Position numbers and translations under genes: made by a program
Origin: Pseudomonadota bacterium
Lineage (GTDB): Bacteria > Pseudomonadota > Gammaproteobacteria > Burkholderiales > Burkholderiaceae_C
DNA: 39,917 nt
Direction of reading: 5' to 3'
Assembly: GCA_963205375.1 (NCBI GenBank)
Contig: CAUJJV010000020.1
Span: 1 to 39,917, forward strand
The notes under the pieces: model-generated
The model's database searches: none
Told to the model about the DNA's origin: nothing
The model's input: the letters and a program-made list of their open reading frames with translations, nothing else
Shown: positions 1 through 9,538 of the stretch, in pieces
Numbering within the stretch: the stretch's first letter is position 1
Layout: each line of letters starts with the position of its first letter

Positions 1-1281
1 CACCACGATACCGGCCATGCTCAGCATGGAGGTTGCCGCAATGGCAATGCCATACAGGCCAGCCAGGGCGTAGGCGCTGTAGATGGCCATGCAGACAAAA
101 ATCACCGGCCAGGCAGTAGAGCGCATGGACACGCCCAAGCCAGCAATGATGTTGGTTCCGTGGCCGGTCGTGGATGCCTGCGCGATGTGCTGCACTGGCG
201 CGTATTGGGTGCCGGTGTAGTACTCGGTGATCCATACCAGGGCAGCGGTCAGGATGAGGCCCACAGCACAGGCGCCAAACAGTTTCATCTGGCTGCCACT
301 GGCGGCAATGGCGTTGTCAGGGATCAGCCACTGTGTCACGAAGAAGAAGGCAATCAGCGACAGGATGCCGGCAACGGCCAGGCCCTTGTACAGCGCAGGC
401 ATCACATTCTTCATGCCAGGCGATGCCTTGACGAAGAAGCAGCCGATGATGGAGGCCACGATGGACACCGCACCCAGAGCCAGCGGGTATACCACCGCAG
501 CGGTACCGGCGCCGGTGACCAGCAGGGCACCCAGCACCATGGTGGCGATCAACGTCACCGCGTAGGTTTCAAACAGGTCGGCAGCCATGCCGGCACAGTC
601 GCCGACGTTGTCACCCACGTTGTCGGCGATCACGGCCGGGTTGCGGGGATCATCTTCGGGAATTCCGGCTTCGACTTTGCCCACCAGGTCAGCGCCGACG
701 TCTGCACCCTTGGTGAAAATGCCACCGCCCAGACGGGCAAAGATGGAAATCAGGGAAGAGCCGAAGGCAAAACCGATCAGGGGGTTGAGCATCTGGGCCA
801 GGTTCTTGTCGGGGGTCATGTTTCCGTTGCCCGTCAGGAACCAGTAGAAAGCAGTGACGCCGAGCAGACCCAGACCGACCACCAGCATGCCGGTAATGGC
901 ACCACCGCGGAAGGCGACGTCCAGTGCCGGGCCAATGCCTTTGGTGGCTGCCTGCGCGGTACGCACGTTGGCGCGCACAGAAACATTCATACCAATGAAA
1001 CCGCAGGCTCCGGACAGTACGGCACCGATGACAAAACCCACGGCACTGAGGCCATCCAGGAATACCGCTATCAAAATGGTGAGTACCACGCCGACGATCG
1101 CAATCGTCTTGTATTGGCGTGCCAGGTAAGCGGCAGCACCTGTCTGGATAGCTGCGGCAATTTCCTGCATGCGGGCGTTGCCCGCGTCCTGGGAAAGAAT
1201 CCAGCTTCTGGCCCAAAAGCCGTATGCCACGGCGATGAAGCCACACACAAGCGCCAGTATCAGCGCCGAGTTGCCCGTCAT
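1..1281 (-). CDS. hppA: Membrane-bound H+/Na+-translocating pyrophosphatase, 5' part (runs off the left edge)
   Basis: Not in the ORF track. Reverse translation gives MTGNSAL... after a GGAG RBS, the signature [17 protein letters not shown] (~670-720), and [20 protein letters not shown] at the edge. The ion-specificity determinants lie outside the window. Confidence 0.95.
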   Translation of the reverse strand, partial: MTGNSALILALVCGFIAVAYGFWARSWILSQDAGNARMQEIAAAIQTGAAAYLARQYKTIAIVGVVLTILIAVFLDGLSAVGFVIGAVLSGACGFIGMNVSVRANVRTAQAATKGIGPALDVAFRGGAITGMLVVGLGLLGVTAFYWFLTGNGNMTPDKNLAQMLNPLIGFAFGSSLISIFARLGGGIFTKGADVGADLVGKVEAGIPEDDPRNPAVIADNVGDNVGDCAGMAADLFETYAVTLIATMVLGALLVTGAGTAAVVYPLALGAVSIVASIIGCFFVKASPGMKNVMPALYKGLAVAGILSLIAFFFVTQWLIPDNAIAASGSQMKLFGACAVGLILTAALVWITEYYTGTQYAPVQHIAQASTTGHGTNIIAGLGVSMRSTAWPVIFVCMAIYSAYALAGLYGIAIAATSMLSMAGIVV

Positions 1282-1476
1282 AAACATTCTCCTGTGTTGT
1301 TTCGCGAAGGAGGGAACAACGTCAGCGCTGTCCCCGCTGCGTTGCTTCCTCAATGCTCCGAACCCACACTGCGGTGGAGATGATTGGCCAACGGCCGGAC
1401 TGTAACTGGAAAAAACTGCCGGACAGTGAAATAGCAAGTGTCCAGTCAGTAAAATCAGGGTTAATCCTTACATCAG

Positions 1477-1490
1477 TTGATTTTCATCAT
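1477..1490. promoter_or_regulatory. Near-consensus FNR-type box between hppA and ppa
   Basis: TTGAT-TTTC-ATCAT (9/10 match to TTGAT-N4-ATCAA), just upstream of the ppa ATG. Confidence 0.35.
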
Positions 1491-1504
1491 TAAAGAGAAC
1501 ATCC

Positions 1505-2041
1505 ATGTCCCTTGACAACGTTACCCCTGGCACCAAGCTCCCCGAAGCGTTCAATGTGATCATTGAAATTCCGATGAATGCGGATCCTGTGAAATACGAA
1601 GTGGACAAGGCCTCTGGCGCGATCTTCGTGGACCGTTTCATGAGCACGGCCATGCATTACCCCACCAACTACGGTTATGTGCCCAAGACCATTTCGGGTG
1701 ACGGTGACCCGGTGGATGTGCTGGTGATCACGCCGGTGCCCCTGATTCCTGGCGTGGTGGTGACCTGCCGCGCGATCGGTATTCTGAAGATGGAAGACGA
1801 AGCCGGTATGGACGGCAAGGTGTTGGCCGTGCCGATCAACAAGATTCTGTCTCTGTACAGCCGTTGGCAGAAGCCTGAGGATCTGCAGCCGCTGCGCCTC
1901 AAGACCATTGCCCACTTCTTTGAGCACTACAAGGATCTGGAAGAAGGCAAGTGGGTCAAGGTGCTGGGCTGGGAGGGCCCCGAAGCCGCCCACCAGGAAA
2001 TCATGGACGGTATCGCCAACTACCAGAAGTCGCTGGCTTAA
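1505..2041 (+). CDS. ppa: Soluble family I inorganic pyrophosphatase
   Basis: [22 protein letters not shown] and FFEHYKDLE motifs. Confidence 0.97.
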   Translation: MSLDNVTPGTKLPEAFNVIIEIPMNADPVKYEVDKASGAIFVDRFMSTAMHYPTNYGYVPKTISGDGDPVDVLVITPVPLIPGVVVTCRAIGILKMEDEAGMDGKVLAVPINKILSLYSRWQKPEDLQPLRLKTIAHFFEHYKDLEEGKWVKVLGWEGPEAAHQEIMDGIANYQKSLA

Positions 2042-2065
2042 ATTTCCAGCCTGAGCGCCATGCGC

Positions 2066-2860
2066 TCAGCGCTGGGGATCTGGAAAGATCAGGCGCTGCA
2101 GCGCGTTACGCCGCTCAAACGGTTTCCATTGACCTTCTGGCTGCGCCAGACGGTCCGCCAGAGCCCACCAGGCAGTGGGATTGAGCCCCAGGCCAATATG
2201 GCTGGCAATCACTTCAACGTTTTCGGTTCTGGGATTGCTCTTGCTGGGCTTCTGGATGCTGGCGGGCCAAGCCACCACGCCATCGGTGCGTGAGAAGATC
2301 GAAGTGGTAGGCACCGGTGGTGCGACGGGTAGGTCAAACTGCTGCAGTTCGCGGGTGATGTCCTTGCCACTGGTCAGTTCAAACAGGCGCCAGGCGTTGG
2401 TGCTGGTGTGCGAGCCTGAAAATGGCGTACCCATGGTCACCACGCTGCGGACGCAGTCAGGCAACTCCTTGGCGAGCTCACGCGCATAAATGCCACCCAG
2501 GCTCCACCCGACCAGACTCACTTTTTCCCCGGTGACTTCGCAGGTGTCCATGACCTGCCGCTTGGCCGTTTGCAGGATGCCGGCACGGGGGCCGAAGTTG
2601 TACCCCTGGTTCCAGCCCGAGATGTCGTACCCGAGGTTTTGTAGATAGCCCCGAATGGGCAAGGTGGAACCGTCACTGGCGGACAGGCCGGGAAACACTA
2701 TGACCGGATGGCCGTCTCCAGCCGGAGCGCGGGCCAGTAGCGGCCAGCTGGGTAGCACGGACCACAACTCCCAGGGGGCGCGCAACTCCAGTGCGATCAG
2801 CAGCGAACTAGGTGGAGGGGGCGCCTCGTGTGTGGTGGTGTCTTGCACTTTGGTTGCCAT
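2066..2860 (-). CDS. Alpha/beta-fold hydrolase (esterase/lipase-like)
   Basis: GWSLGG nucleophile elbow, FPGL oxyanion region, TDGVV acid and SHIGL His. Start placed at ATG 2860. Confidence 0.85.
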   Translation of the reverse strand: MATKVQDTTTHEAPPPPSSLLIALELRAPWELWSVLPSWPLLARAPAGDGHPVIVFPGLSASDGSTLPIRGYLQNLGYDISGWNQGYNFGPRAGILQTAKRQVMDTCEVTGEKVSLVGWSLGGIYARELAKELPDCVRSVVTMGTPFSGSHTSTNAWRLFELTSGKDITRELQQFDLPVAPPVPTTSIFSRTDGVVAWPASIQKPSKSNPRTENVEVIASHIGLGLNPTAWWALADRLAQPEGQWKPFERRNALQRLIFPDPQR

Positions 2861-3074
2861 GTATCGTTGGTGCTGGTCTTGACGAGCCAAATCCGCGTTT
2901 TGAACAGGGTTTTAACGGTAGCAGCTTTTGTGCAGCGCTGCGTGTCGTTGTGCTGGCATTAGAGGGATCCCTCAGGATTTGCGTCACCTAGGCGACTGTT
3001 TGGGAGTGCCGTGTATGATCGCCGACGCTCCCTGCCGGCGTTGCGGCAGATCGTCGTCAAGGACAGGACATGCC

Positions 3075-3578
3075 ATGGAAATTATGAATTCGCCGTCTTC
3101 AGCCGGTGGTGCCGCATCGGGAGGCAAGCCTCTGGCAGATTCGGGTCAGTACTTGACGCTGCGCCTGGGCTCCGAGGAATACGCCATTGACATCCTGCGG
3201 GTGCAGGAAATCCGTTCGTACGAGGAGCCGACCCGCATGGTGAACTCTCCGAGCTTCATCAAAGGCGTGGTGAATTTGCGCGGGGTGATTGTGCCCATTG
3301 CAGATTTGCGGCTCAAGCTCCATGTGCCTGATGCGCAGTACAACGAATTCACAGTGGTCATCATTCTCAATATCCACGGCGCGGTGGTCGGGGCGGTGGT
3401 GGACGCGGTTTCGGATGTGGTCACGCTGGACAGCGCCACCATCAAGCCAGCGCCGCAGTTCGACTCCGGTATTGATTCCCGGTTCATCCTGGGATTGGTC
3501 ACATTGGGCGAACGCACCCTGATTGTCATGAACGTCGAGGCTTTGCTGTCCAATGCCGAGTTGGGCATTGCAAGGTAA
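3075..3578 (+). CDS. cheW: Chemotaxis coupling protein CheW (orphan)
   Basis: EEYAIDILRVQEI, GVVNLRGVIVPI and VDAVSDV motifs. AGGA RBS before ATG 3075. Confidence 0.93.
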   Translation: MEIMNSPSSAGGAASGGKPLADSGQYLTLRLGSEEYAIDILRVQEIRSYEEPTRMVNSPSFIKGVVNLRGVIVPIADLRLKLHVPDAQYNEFTVVIILNIHGAVVGAVVDAVSDVVTLDSATIKPAPQFDSGIDSRFILGLVTLGERTLIVMNVEALLSNAELGIAR

Positions 3579-3579
3579 C

Positions 3580-4788
3580 TCAGGACTGCGCTCCGCCAGT
3601 CTGACGAAACGGATTTCGATCCTCCAAGTCCTGTAAATACTGGGCAACACCCGCGCCTTCACGTTCCAGAAAGTGGGATACCGCGTCTGAAAATGCCGGG
3701 TGTGCCAGCCAGTGCGCACTGCTGGTCCTGACCGGCAACAGGGCGCGGGCCATTTTGTGTTCGCCCTGTGCACCCCCCTCAAAGCGCTGGAATCCGTTCG
3801 CGATACACCATTGGAGTGGCTGGTAGTAGCAGGCTTCAAAGTGCAGGCAGTCTACGGGCTCCAGCGCACCCCAGTAGCGGCCATAGGCTATCTTGGTGGA
3901 TTCAGTGCCATTTTGGCCTCTAGCCCCCGTGGAATGTGCGTCAATAGCTATCAAACTGCTAGCAATGCTCTGTCCATTGCGCTGTGCGACGAAGAGCAGC
4001 CAGTTCTCTGGCATGGTGCTCTCTATGCGGCTAAAGAAGTCCCGGGTGAGGTAAGGCGGGTTACCGTGCTCCAGGTAGGTCCGCTCATAACAGCGGTAGA
4101 AAAAATCCCAGTCCTCGGTGGTGATTGCGCTGCCCTGTACCTGCCGGAAGGTGACGCCGGCATCGGCCACCTTGCGCCGTTCCTGCCGGATCTTCTTGCG
4201 CTTGTCCTGGGCCAGGGTGGCCAGAAATGCATCGAAGTCAGCGTAACCGGGGAATGTGTTGGTCCAGTGAAACTGCACCGTATGGCGCAACATCAGGCCC
4301 GCGTCAGCGCATGCTGCCAGGTCCTCTTCCGCCGCAAACAACAGGTGCAGGGACGATACGGCTTGTTGCTTGCACCAAGCGATGAGTGCGTGCACCAGAG
4401 CCGTTCGCGCCGCGTTGTCACGGGCCAGCAGGCGAGTGCCTGGAACCGGAGTGAAGGGCACGGCCACCACCGCTTTGGGGTAGTAGGGCACACCATGCTG
4501 GCGATAGGCGCTGGCCCATGCTGAATCGAATACGTACTCGCCGTAGGAATGGTTTTTGAGGTACACCACGCAGGCGGCTTCCAGAGCGCCATGGCGTTCC
4601 AGGGTGATGAAGTAGGGCGCCCAGCCGGTGGCTGCACAGGCGCTTTGGCTGCTGTGCAGCGCCGCCAGGTAGGCGTGGCGCATGAACGGGCTGGGCTGGG
4701 ATTGCTTTTGTAGCAGAGCATCCCACGCAGACGCATCCACCTGGGACGGCAGTGTTTGCACCCGGATGACATAATTGCCGCTACCCAT
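3580..4788 (-). CDS. GNAT/FemAB-like protein (DUF482 type)
   Basis: HSYGEYVFD, VPFTPVPG, YGRYWG, LHFEACYYQ and FEGGAQGEHKMAR motifs. Start uncertain. Confidence 0.88.
   Translation of the reverse strand: MGSGNYVIRVQTLPSQVDASAWDALLQKQSQPSPFMRHAYLAALHSSQSACAATGWAPYFITLERHGALEAACVVYLKNHSYGEYVFDSAWASAYRQHGVPYYPKAVVAVPFTPVPGTRLLARDNAARTALVHALIAWCKQQAVSSLHLLFAAEEDLAACADAGLMLRHTVQFHWTNTFPGYADFDAFLATLAQDKRKKIRQERRKVADAGVTFRQVQGSAITTEDWDFFYRCYERTYLEHGNPPYLTRDFFSRIESTMPENWLLFVAQRNGQSIASSLIAIDAHSTGARGQNGTESTKIAYGRYWGALEPVDCLHFEACYYQPLQWCIANGFQRFEGGAQGEHKMARALLPVRTSSAHWLAHPAFSDAVSHFLEREGAGVAQYLQDLEDRNPFRQTGGAQS
3901..3964 (+). repeat. Spaced-motif repeat, copy A (in frame inside the GNAT gene, antisense orientation)
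   Basis: TTCAGTGCCATTTTGGCCTCTAGCCCCCGTGGAATGTGCGTCAATAGCTATCAAACTGCTAGCA; aligns without gaps to the other four copies. Confidence 0.85.
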
Positions 4789-4850
4789 GGTGCGCCTTCT
4801 GCGCAATGGCCGTGCTTCTGGTGCGGCTGTGAACAAAATATTGCTGGTTC

Positions 4851-6527
4851 ATGACTCTCAAACTGTGCGTTGCCCAACTCAACTTCATCGTCGGTGATCT
4901 GGACGGGAACGTCAAAAAAATTGTCGATGCAGCCACCCAAGCCTATGCCGAGGGCGCGCGCCTGCTGCTGACACCGGAGTTGTCCATTTGTGGCTACGCG
5001 GCGGAAGACCTGTTTTTGCGCCCCGCGTTCATCGCCGCCTGTGATGATGCCGTGAAAGCAGTGGCCTGGCAGACCGCCGGGTTAAAAGGCATGGCCATCG
5101 TGGTGGGCCACCCCACGGGTGGGGACAGTCGTACCCGCTCGGTGGCGGTACAAAGCCGGTTCAATGCGGCCAGCGTCCTGCGCGAAGGGCAGGTGGTCGC
5201 CACCTACGCCAAGCGGGAATTGCCCAACTACCAGGTATTTGACGAGCGCCGGTATTTCACGCCCGGGCAGGGCGTGTGTGTTTTTGAGGCCGGTGAGGCG
5301 GAGAACCTGGTGCGGGTCGGCCTACTGATTTGTGAGGACGCCTGGTTTGAAGAGCCCGCGCGGCTGGCCAAAGAGGCGGGGGCGCAGATGTTGGCCGTCA
5401 TCAATGCATCGCCTTTCCATGTGGGCAAAGGCTACGAGCGCGAAGAGATGATGGCGCAGCGCGTACGCGCCACCGGGCTGCCGATGGTCTACGCTCATCT
5501 CGTGGGTGGGCAGGACGAGGTAGTGTTTGAGGGCCATTCATTTGCGCTGAACGCGGACGGATCTGTGGCTGGTCGGGCACCGAGTTTTAAAGGAAATCTG
5601 TTTCCAGCCCTCGTCTATCTTGCGCAGGGTGCTATAAAAATTGAAGCATCTATCGAGCCGGTGCGTACCGCCGAAACCGACCTGTGGGACGCTCTGGTGC
5701 TGGGTGTGCGCGACTACATTGGAAAAAACGGCTTTCCGGGCGTGTTGCTCGGCCTGTCGGGTGGGATTGACTCCGCACTGGTGCTGGCCATTGCGGTCGA
5801 TGCATTGGGGCCGCAGAAGGTGCGCGCCATCATGATGCCGTCGCCCTATACCGCCGATATCAGCTGGATTGACGCCCGTGACATGGCGCAGCGCATGGGT
5901 GTCCGGTACGACGAGATTTCCATCGTGCCCCAGTTCGAGGCCTTCAAGGCGTCTTTGGCCCAGGAGTTTGCCGGGCGACCGGAGGACACCACCGAAGAAA
6001 ACATCCAGGCCCGCATCCGCGGCACACTGTTGATGGCGCTTTCCAACAAGTTTGGCAGCATCGTGTTGACGACCGGAAACAAGTCCGAGATGGCCACCGG
6101 CTACTGTACTCTCTACGGCGATATGGCAGGTGGTTTTGCGGTCATCAAGGATCTGGCCAAAACTCTGGTGTTCAAGCTGGCGCGCTGGCGCAATGCGCAC
6201 GACCCGTATGGAACGGGCCAGAGTCCCATTCCAGAGCGCATCATCACCCGTCCGCCCAGTGCGGAGTTGCGTCCTGACCAGAAAGACCAGGACAGTTTGC
6301 CGCCCTACGAGGTGCTGGATGCCATCGTGGAACGCTACATGGAAAATGACCAGGGAATCGAAAGCATCGTCGCCGATGGCTTCGCCCGGGAAGATGTCGA
6401 GAAGGTCACCCGCCTTATCAAAATCAACGAGTACAAACGCCGCCAGGCGCCTGTGGGAATTCGGGTGACCCACCGCAGCTTTGGCAAGGATTGGCGTTAT
6501 CCTATTACCAGTCGCTTTCGGGCCTGA
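4851..6527 (+). CDS. nadE: Glutamine-dependent NAD+ synthetase
   Basis: N-terminal nitrilase-like domain (PEL, KRELPNY, ICEDAW) plus LGLSGGIDS, ENIQARIR and PPSAEL. Confidence 0.97.
   Translation: MTLKLCVAQLNFIVGDLDGNVKKIVDAATQAYAEGARLLLTPELSICGYAAEDLFLRPAFIAACDDAVKAVAWQTAGLKGMAIVVGHPTGGDSRTRSVAVQSRFNAASVLREGQVVATYAKRELPNYQVFDERRYFTPGQGVCVFEAGEAENLVRVGLLICEDAWFEEPARLAKEAGAQMLAVINASPFHVGKGYEREEMMAQRVRATGLPMVYAHLVGGQDEVVFEGHSFALNADGSVAGRAPSFKGNLFPALVYLAQGAIKIEASIEPVRTAETDLWDALVLGVRDYIGKNGFPGVLLGLSGGIDSALVLAIAVDALGPQKVRAIMMPSPYTADISWIDARDMAQRMGVRYDEISIVPQFEAFKASLAQEFAGRPEDTTEENIQARIRGTLLMALSNKFGSIVLTTGNKSEMATGYCTLYGDMAGGFAVIKDLAKTLVFKLARWRNAHDPYGTGQSPIPERIITRPPSAELRPDQKDQDSLPPYEVLDAIVERYMENDQGIESIVADGFAREDVEKVTRLIKINEYKRRQAPVGIRVTHRSFGKDWRYPITSRFRA
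5585..5648 (+). repeat. Spaced-motif repeat, copy B (in frame inside nadE)
   Basis: TTTTAAAGGAAATCTGTTTCCAGCCCTCGTCTATCTTGCGCAGGGTGCTATAAAAATTGAAGCA; divergent, but all block positions are kept. Confidence 0.75.
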
Positions 6528-6543
6528 TTTTTTATTGGACTAG

Positions 6544-6885
<342 letters not shown>

Positions 6886-6903
6886 TCTTTTCCCCGAAAG
6901 GGA

Positions 6904-7284
6904 TCAGGCAAAGCGCGCGTAGAGCGCTGCAGACCATGTGCCCAGGCACAGAACCAGACTGAGCAGGACGGCAGCGCTTCCCATATCCTTGGCCCGCTTG
7001 GAGAGGTCGTGCCATTCAGGGCCAATGCGGTCAATCGCTGCTTCGACTGCCGTGTTGAGTAGTTCCACAATCATCACCAGCAAGACCGTACCGGCTAATA
7101 CCGCCACTTCGGCCCAGTGCTGGCCAATCCAGAAGGCTGCAGGCAGTAGAACGATAGAGGCCAGCATCTCCTGGCGAAATGCAGTCTCCGACCAACCTGC
7201 GCGCAATCCTGCCATCGAGTACCCAGTGGCGTACCACATGCGGCTAATGCCCGTGCGGTCTTTTTGAGGGTTGACGGGTTTCAT
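6904..7284 (-). CDS. dgkA: Diacylglycerol kinase
   Basis: ETAFRQE, VELLNTAVEAAIDR and AKDMGSAAV motifs. Confidence 0.93.
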   Translation of the reverse strand: MKPVNPQKDRTGISRMWYATGYSMAGLRAGWSETAFRQEMLASIVLLPAAFWIGQHWAEVAVLAGTVLLVMIVELLNTAVEAAIDRIGPEWHDLSKRAKDMGSAAVLLSLVLCLGTWSAALYARFA

Positions 7285-7294
7285 ATGTGCAACC

Positions 7295-7810
7295 TTACCT
7301 GCTCAATGGCTCGGAGCTAATGAGGCGGGTGCCTGCCCAGGCGTCGTGCCAGAACTGACCCTCGGGGTGAAACCGGCTGAGCAGTGCCCAGACAGCCACC
7401 CAGCCAATCACAATGACGGTGATTTCTGCTCCCGGCAGGTGGAATGGCACCACAGCAAGCAGTGGTGGCAAGAACCAGAGCCAGCTCAGTACGTACCGCA
7501 GCAAGGCGCGCAATTGCGTGACTGCTTGCCCGTTGCGGTCGACCAGGCGGATATTCCAGGTTTTCATGGCCAGTGTCTGGCCCTTGGACCAGAACCAGAC
7601 AAAGTAGATACCGAACACAACAAAGAGGAAAGCTTGCAGGGCGTTTCTGTTGTCCAGTGCGTTACGTGTCTGACTTAGCGTGCCAAAGAGGTAGCCGGAG
7701 ATGAAGACTACACCGAACATCAAAATTCCCTCATAGAGCCAGCACGCCATACGGCGGCGCAAGCCGGGGCTTTTCTGGGTAGGGTGTACAGAAGGGGAGT
7801 TGGCGATCAT
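7295..7810 (-). CDS. RDD family membrane protein
   Basis: RRMACWLYE, GQTLAMK and HDAWAGT motifs. Start uncertain (7810-7834). Confidence 0.85.
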   Translation of the reverse strand: MIANSPSVHPTQKSPGLRRRMACWLYEGILMFGVVFISGYLFGTLSQTRNALDNRNALQAFLFVVFGIYFVWFWSKGQTLAMKTWNIRLVDRNGQAVTQLRALLRYVLSWLWFLPPLLAVVPFHLPGAEITVIVIGWVAVWALLSRFHPEGQFWHDAWAGTRLISSEPLSR

Positions 7811-7844
7811 GGAGCCCAGCATTGTAGGCTCCATTGCGGGGGGC

Positions 7845-8531
7845 TCAGTTAGGTGCTGAGTCCGCGGGCGGTTGGGGCGCCGGGGCGTTCTGGATTGGCA
7901 AAAGTGTTTTGCGATTCAAGGCTTGCGGATTGGTCACCAATGGCCGCTTGATATCTGGAGCGGTGGGTACCTTCGGAACCACAGCCAGTTTGTCCACAGG
8001 CACCGGCTTGACCACTATTGCTGCCCCACTGGGTTTGGGTTTTGCACCTGCAGCCAGTTTCTTGCGTTCTTCGGGGCTCAGTGCCTGGTAAGCCTCCCAG
8101 TTTGCGGCGCGCTCAGTAGGGGCAATTTTCTTTGTTTCCGCAAAGTTCAGCCGGGCTTGTTCGCGGTCTTTAGGCTTGAGTGCGGCCCATTCCGCCATGC
8201 GACTGTGCAGTTTTTGCTGCTCCGCAGGCGCCAGATTGGGATAGTTTTGTGCCAGCGCAATCCACTTGCGCCGGTGTGCATCAGACAGCGTGTTCCAGGC
8301 TCCTGCCAGTGGTGCCAGCGATTGCTTCTGCACGGGGTTCAACTCTGCCCATGTAGGTGCTCCAATCACCGTGGTGGTCATGCTGGGAGTCAACGGTTTC
8401 AGTGGAGAGTGGGGGGCGTTGCTCTGTGCTTGTACTGCCATCGCGCCTATCACCAACACAATTCCTCCTGCTACCTTTGCAGGCAACGCGAGTGAATGTT
8501 GAACCGAGAATACTCCAGAGAACTTTGGCAC
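7845..8531 (-). CDS. DUF3106-type exported helical protein
   Basis: Signal/TM segment followed by repeated W..L.P..(Q/R) helical units and a Pro-rich tail. Position in the ECF operon fits. Confidence 0.75.
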   Translation of the reverse strand: MPKFSGVFSVQHSLALPAKVAGGIVLVIGAMAVQAQSNAPHSPLKPLTPSMTTTVIGAPTWAELNPVQKQSLAPLAGAWNTLSDAHRRKWIALAQNYPNLAPAEQQKLHSRMAEWAALKPKDREQARLNFAETKKIAPTERAANWEAYQALSPEERKKLAAGAKPKPSGAAIVVKPVPVDKLAVVPKVPTAPDIKRPLVTNPQALNRKTLLPIQNAPAPQPPADSAPN

Positions 8532-8540
8532 AGGTAATTT

Positions 8541-8975
8541 CTAATTGTTTTGGATCGTCGAACGCAGATATTGTGTGAACCCGGGGTCGGTATACGCCGC
8601 AGGCGGCAAATCGTCCGTCAGCAACTCTGTATCAACATCTGCGATTTCACTGGTGCGGATTCCGTCCTGGGCGAGGTCAATCACCAGTATTCCTACGACG
8701 AGCGCCACCAGAGGCAGTAACGAACCAAGCCAGTTCCACAGCCCGTGGTGTTCGCCACCCGGTTGCAGGGCAACGACACTACCAGAGACGGCGTGTCCGT
8801 CCGCTACTTGTACCTTCACCACCTTGCGCTTGGAGATGGCCTGCATCCGTGCGGCCTTCAGACGTTCGGAGATGTCGTGGGGAAAGGCGTCTACGGAATC
8901 GTCCAGCCGCGCGACAAAGGCGCGGCCGAAGTCATCTTCAAATTGCTGTTGTGAAGCCAGGCTGTGTGTAGTCAT
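8541..8975 (-). CDS. DUF3619-type single-pass membrane protein (candidate anti-sigma factor)
   Basis: DISERLKAAR, one TM helix and LLTDDLPPAAYTDPGF. Overlaps the sigma factor stop (ATGA). Confidence 0.78.
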   Translation of the reverse strand: MTTHSLASQQQFEDDFGRAFVARLDDSVDAFPHDISERLKAARMQAISKRKVVKVQVADGHAVSGSVVALQPGGEHHGLWNWLGSLLPLVALVVGILVIDLAQDGIRTSEIADVDTELLTDDLPPAAYTDPGFTQYLRSTIQNN

Positions 8976-9538
8976 AGTCGTATCCCTTTCGCCCTCAGGG
9001 CTTGCCCGAGCGCATGAACCGCCCTGGAACAGTGTGTTTTTACACTGCCTTGCGAGCAGCCCATGGCCGCAGCGGTTTCCGCTACATCCATCTCCTCCCA
9101 GTAACGCATCAGGAAGGCTTCCCGTTGACGTGCTGGTAGCTGCTGGATTTCCACCTCAATGGCAAGCAAGGTTTGTGCCCGCTCAGTGAGCTTTTCTGCG
9201 CTCTCATGTTGGTCAGAGTTGGTGGTGGCATGCAAAGTTTCCAGTAAATCGAAATCTCCGTCATCACCAGCAGATTCGAAATCGCTCAGATTGGAGAAAA
9301 GAGCGTTCTGGGTCTTTTGCCGGCGAAACCAGTCCAGCGTGCAATTCGAAAGAATCCGCTGGAAAAGCATGGGTAGCTCTTCGATCGGTTTGTGTCCGTA
9401 ATGCTCGGCCAGCTTCATCATGCTGTCCTGGACGATGTCCAGTGCTGCTTCGTCATTGCGAACATGGTAAACCGAACGCTTGAAAGCGCGCTTTTCAACG
9501 CTCTTCAGGAATTCAGAAAGTTCGAGATCAGAAGCCAA
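8972..9538 (-). CDS. ECF RNA polymerase sigma factor
   Basis: Region 2 (AALDIVQD, RILSNCTLD) and region 4 (LPARQREAFLMRYWEEMDVAETAAAMGCSQGSVKTHCSRA). GTG start. Confidence 0.92.
   Translation of the reverse strand: MASDLELSEFLKSVEKRAFKRSVYHVRNDEAALDIVQDSMMKLAEHYGHKPIEELPMLFQRILSNCTLDWFRRQKTQNALFSNLSDFESAGDDGDFDLLETLHATTNSDQHESAEKLTERAQTLLAIEVEIQQLPARQREAFLMRYWEEMDVAETAAAMGCSQGSVKTHCSRAVHALGQALRAKGIRL

Noticed and set aside
1067-1083. GCTATCAAAATGG in hppA, resembling half of the repeat dyad
   Set aside because: No matching ATAGC arm and no GCCCCCGT block.
160-1383. 407-aa plus-strand ORF
   Set aside because: Antisense shadow of hppA. It has no recognisable motifs, and the real gene was omitted from the track because it runs off the window.
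2046-2075. Hairpin CCAGC-CTGAGCGC-CAT-GCGCTCAG-C-GCTGG between convergent ppa and the hydrolase gene
   Set aside because: No clear U tract and single copy; probably an ordinary 3'-end structure, so not called as a terminator.
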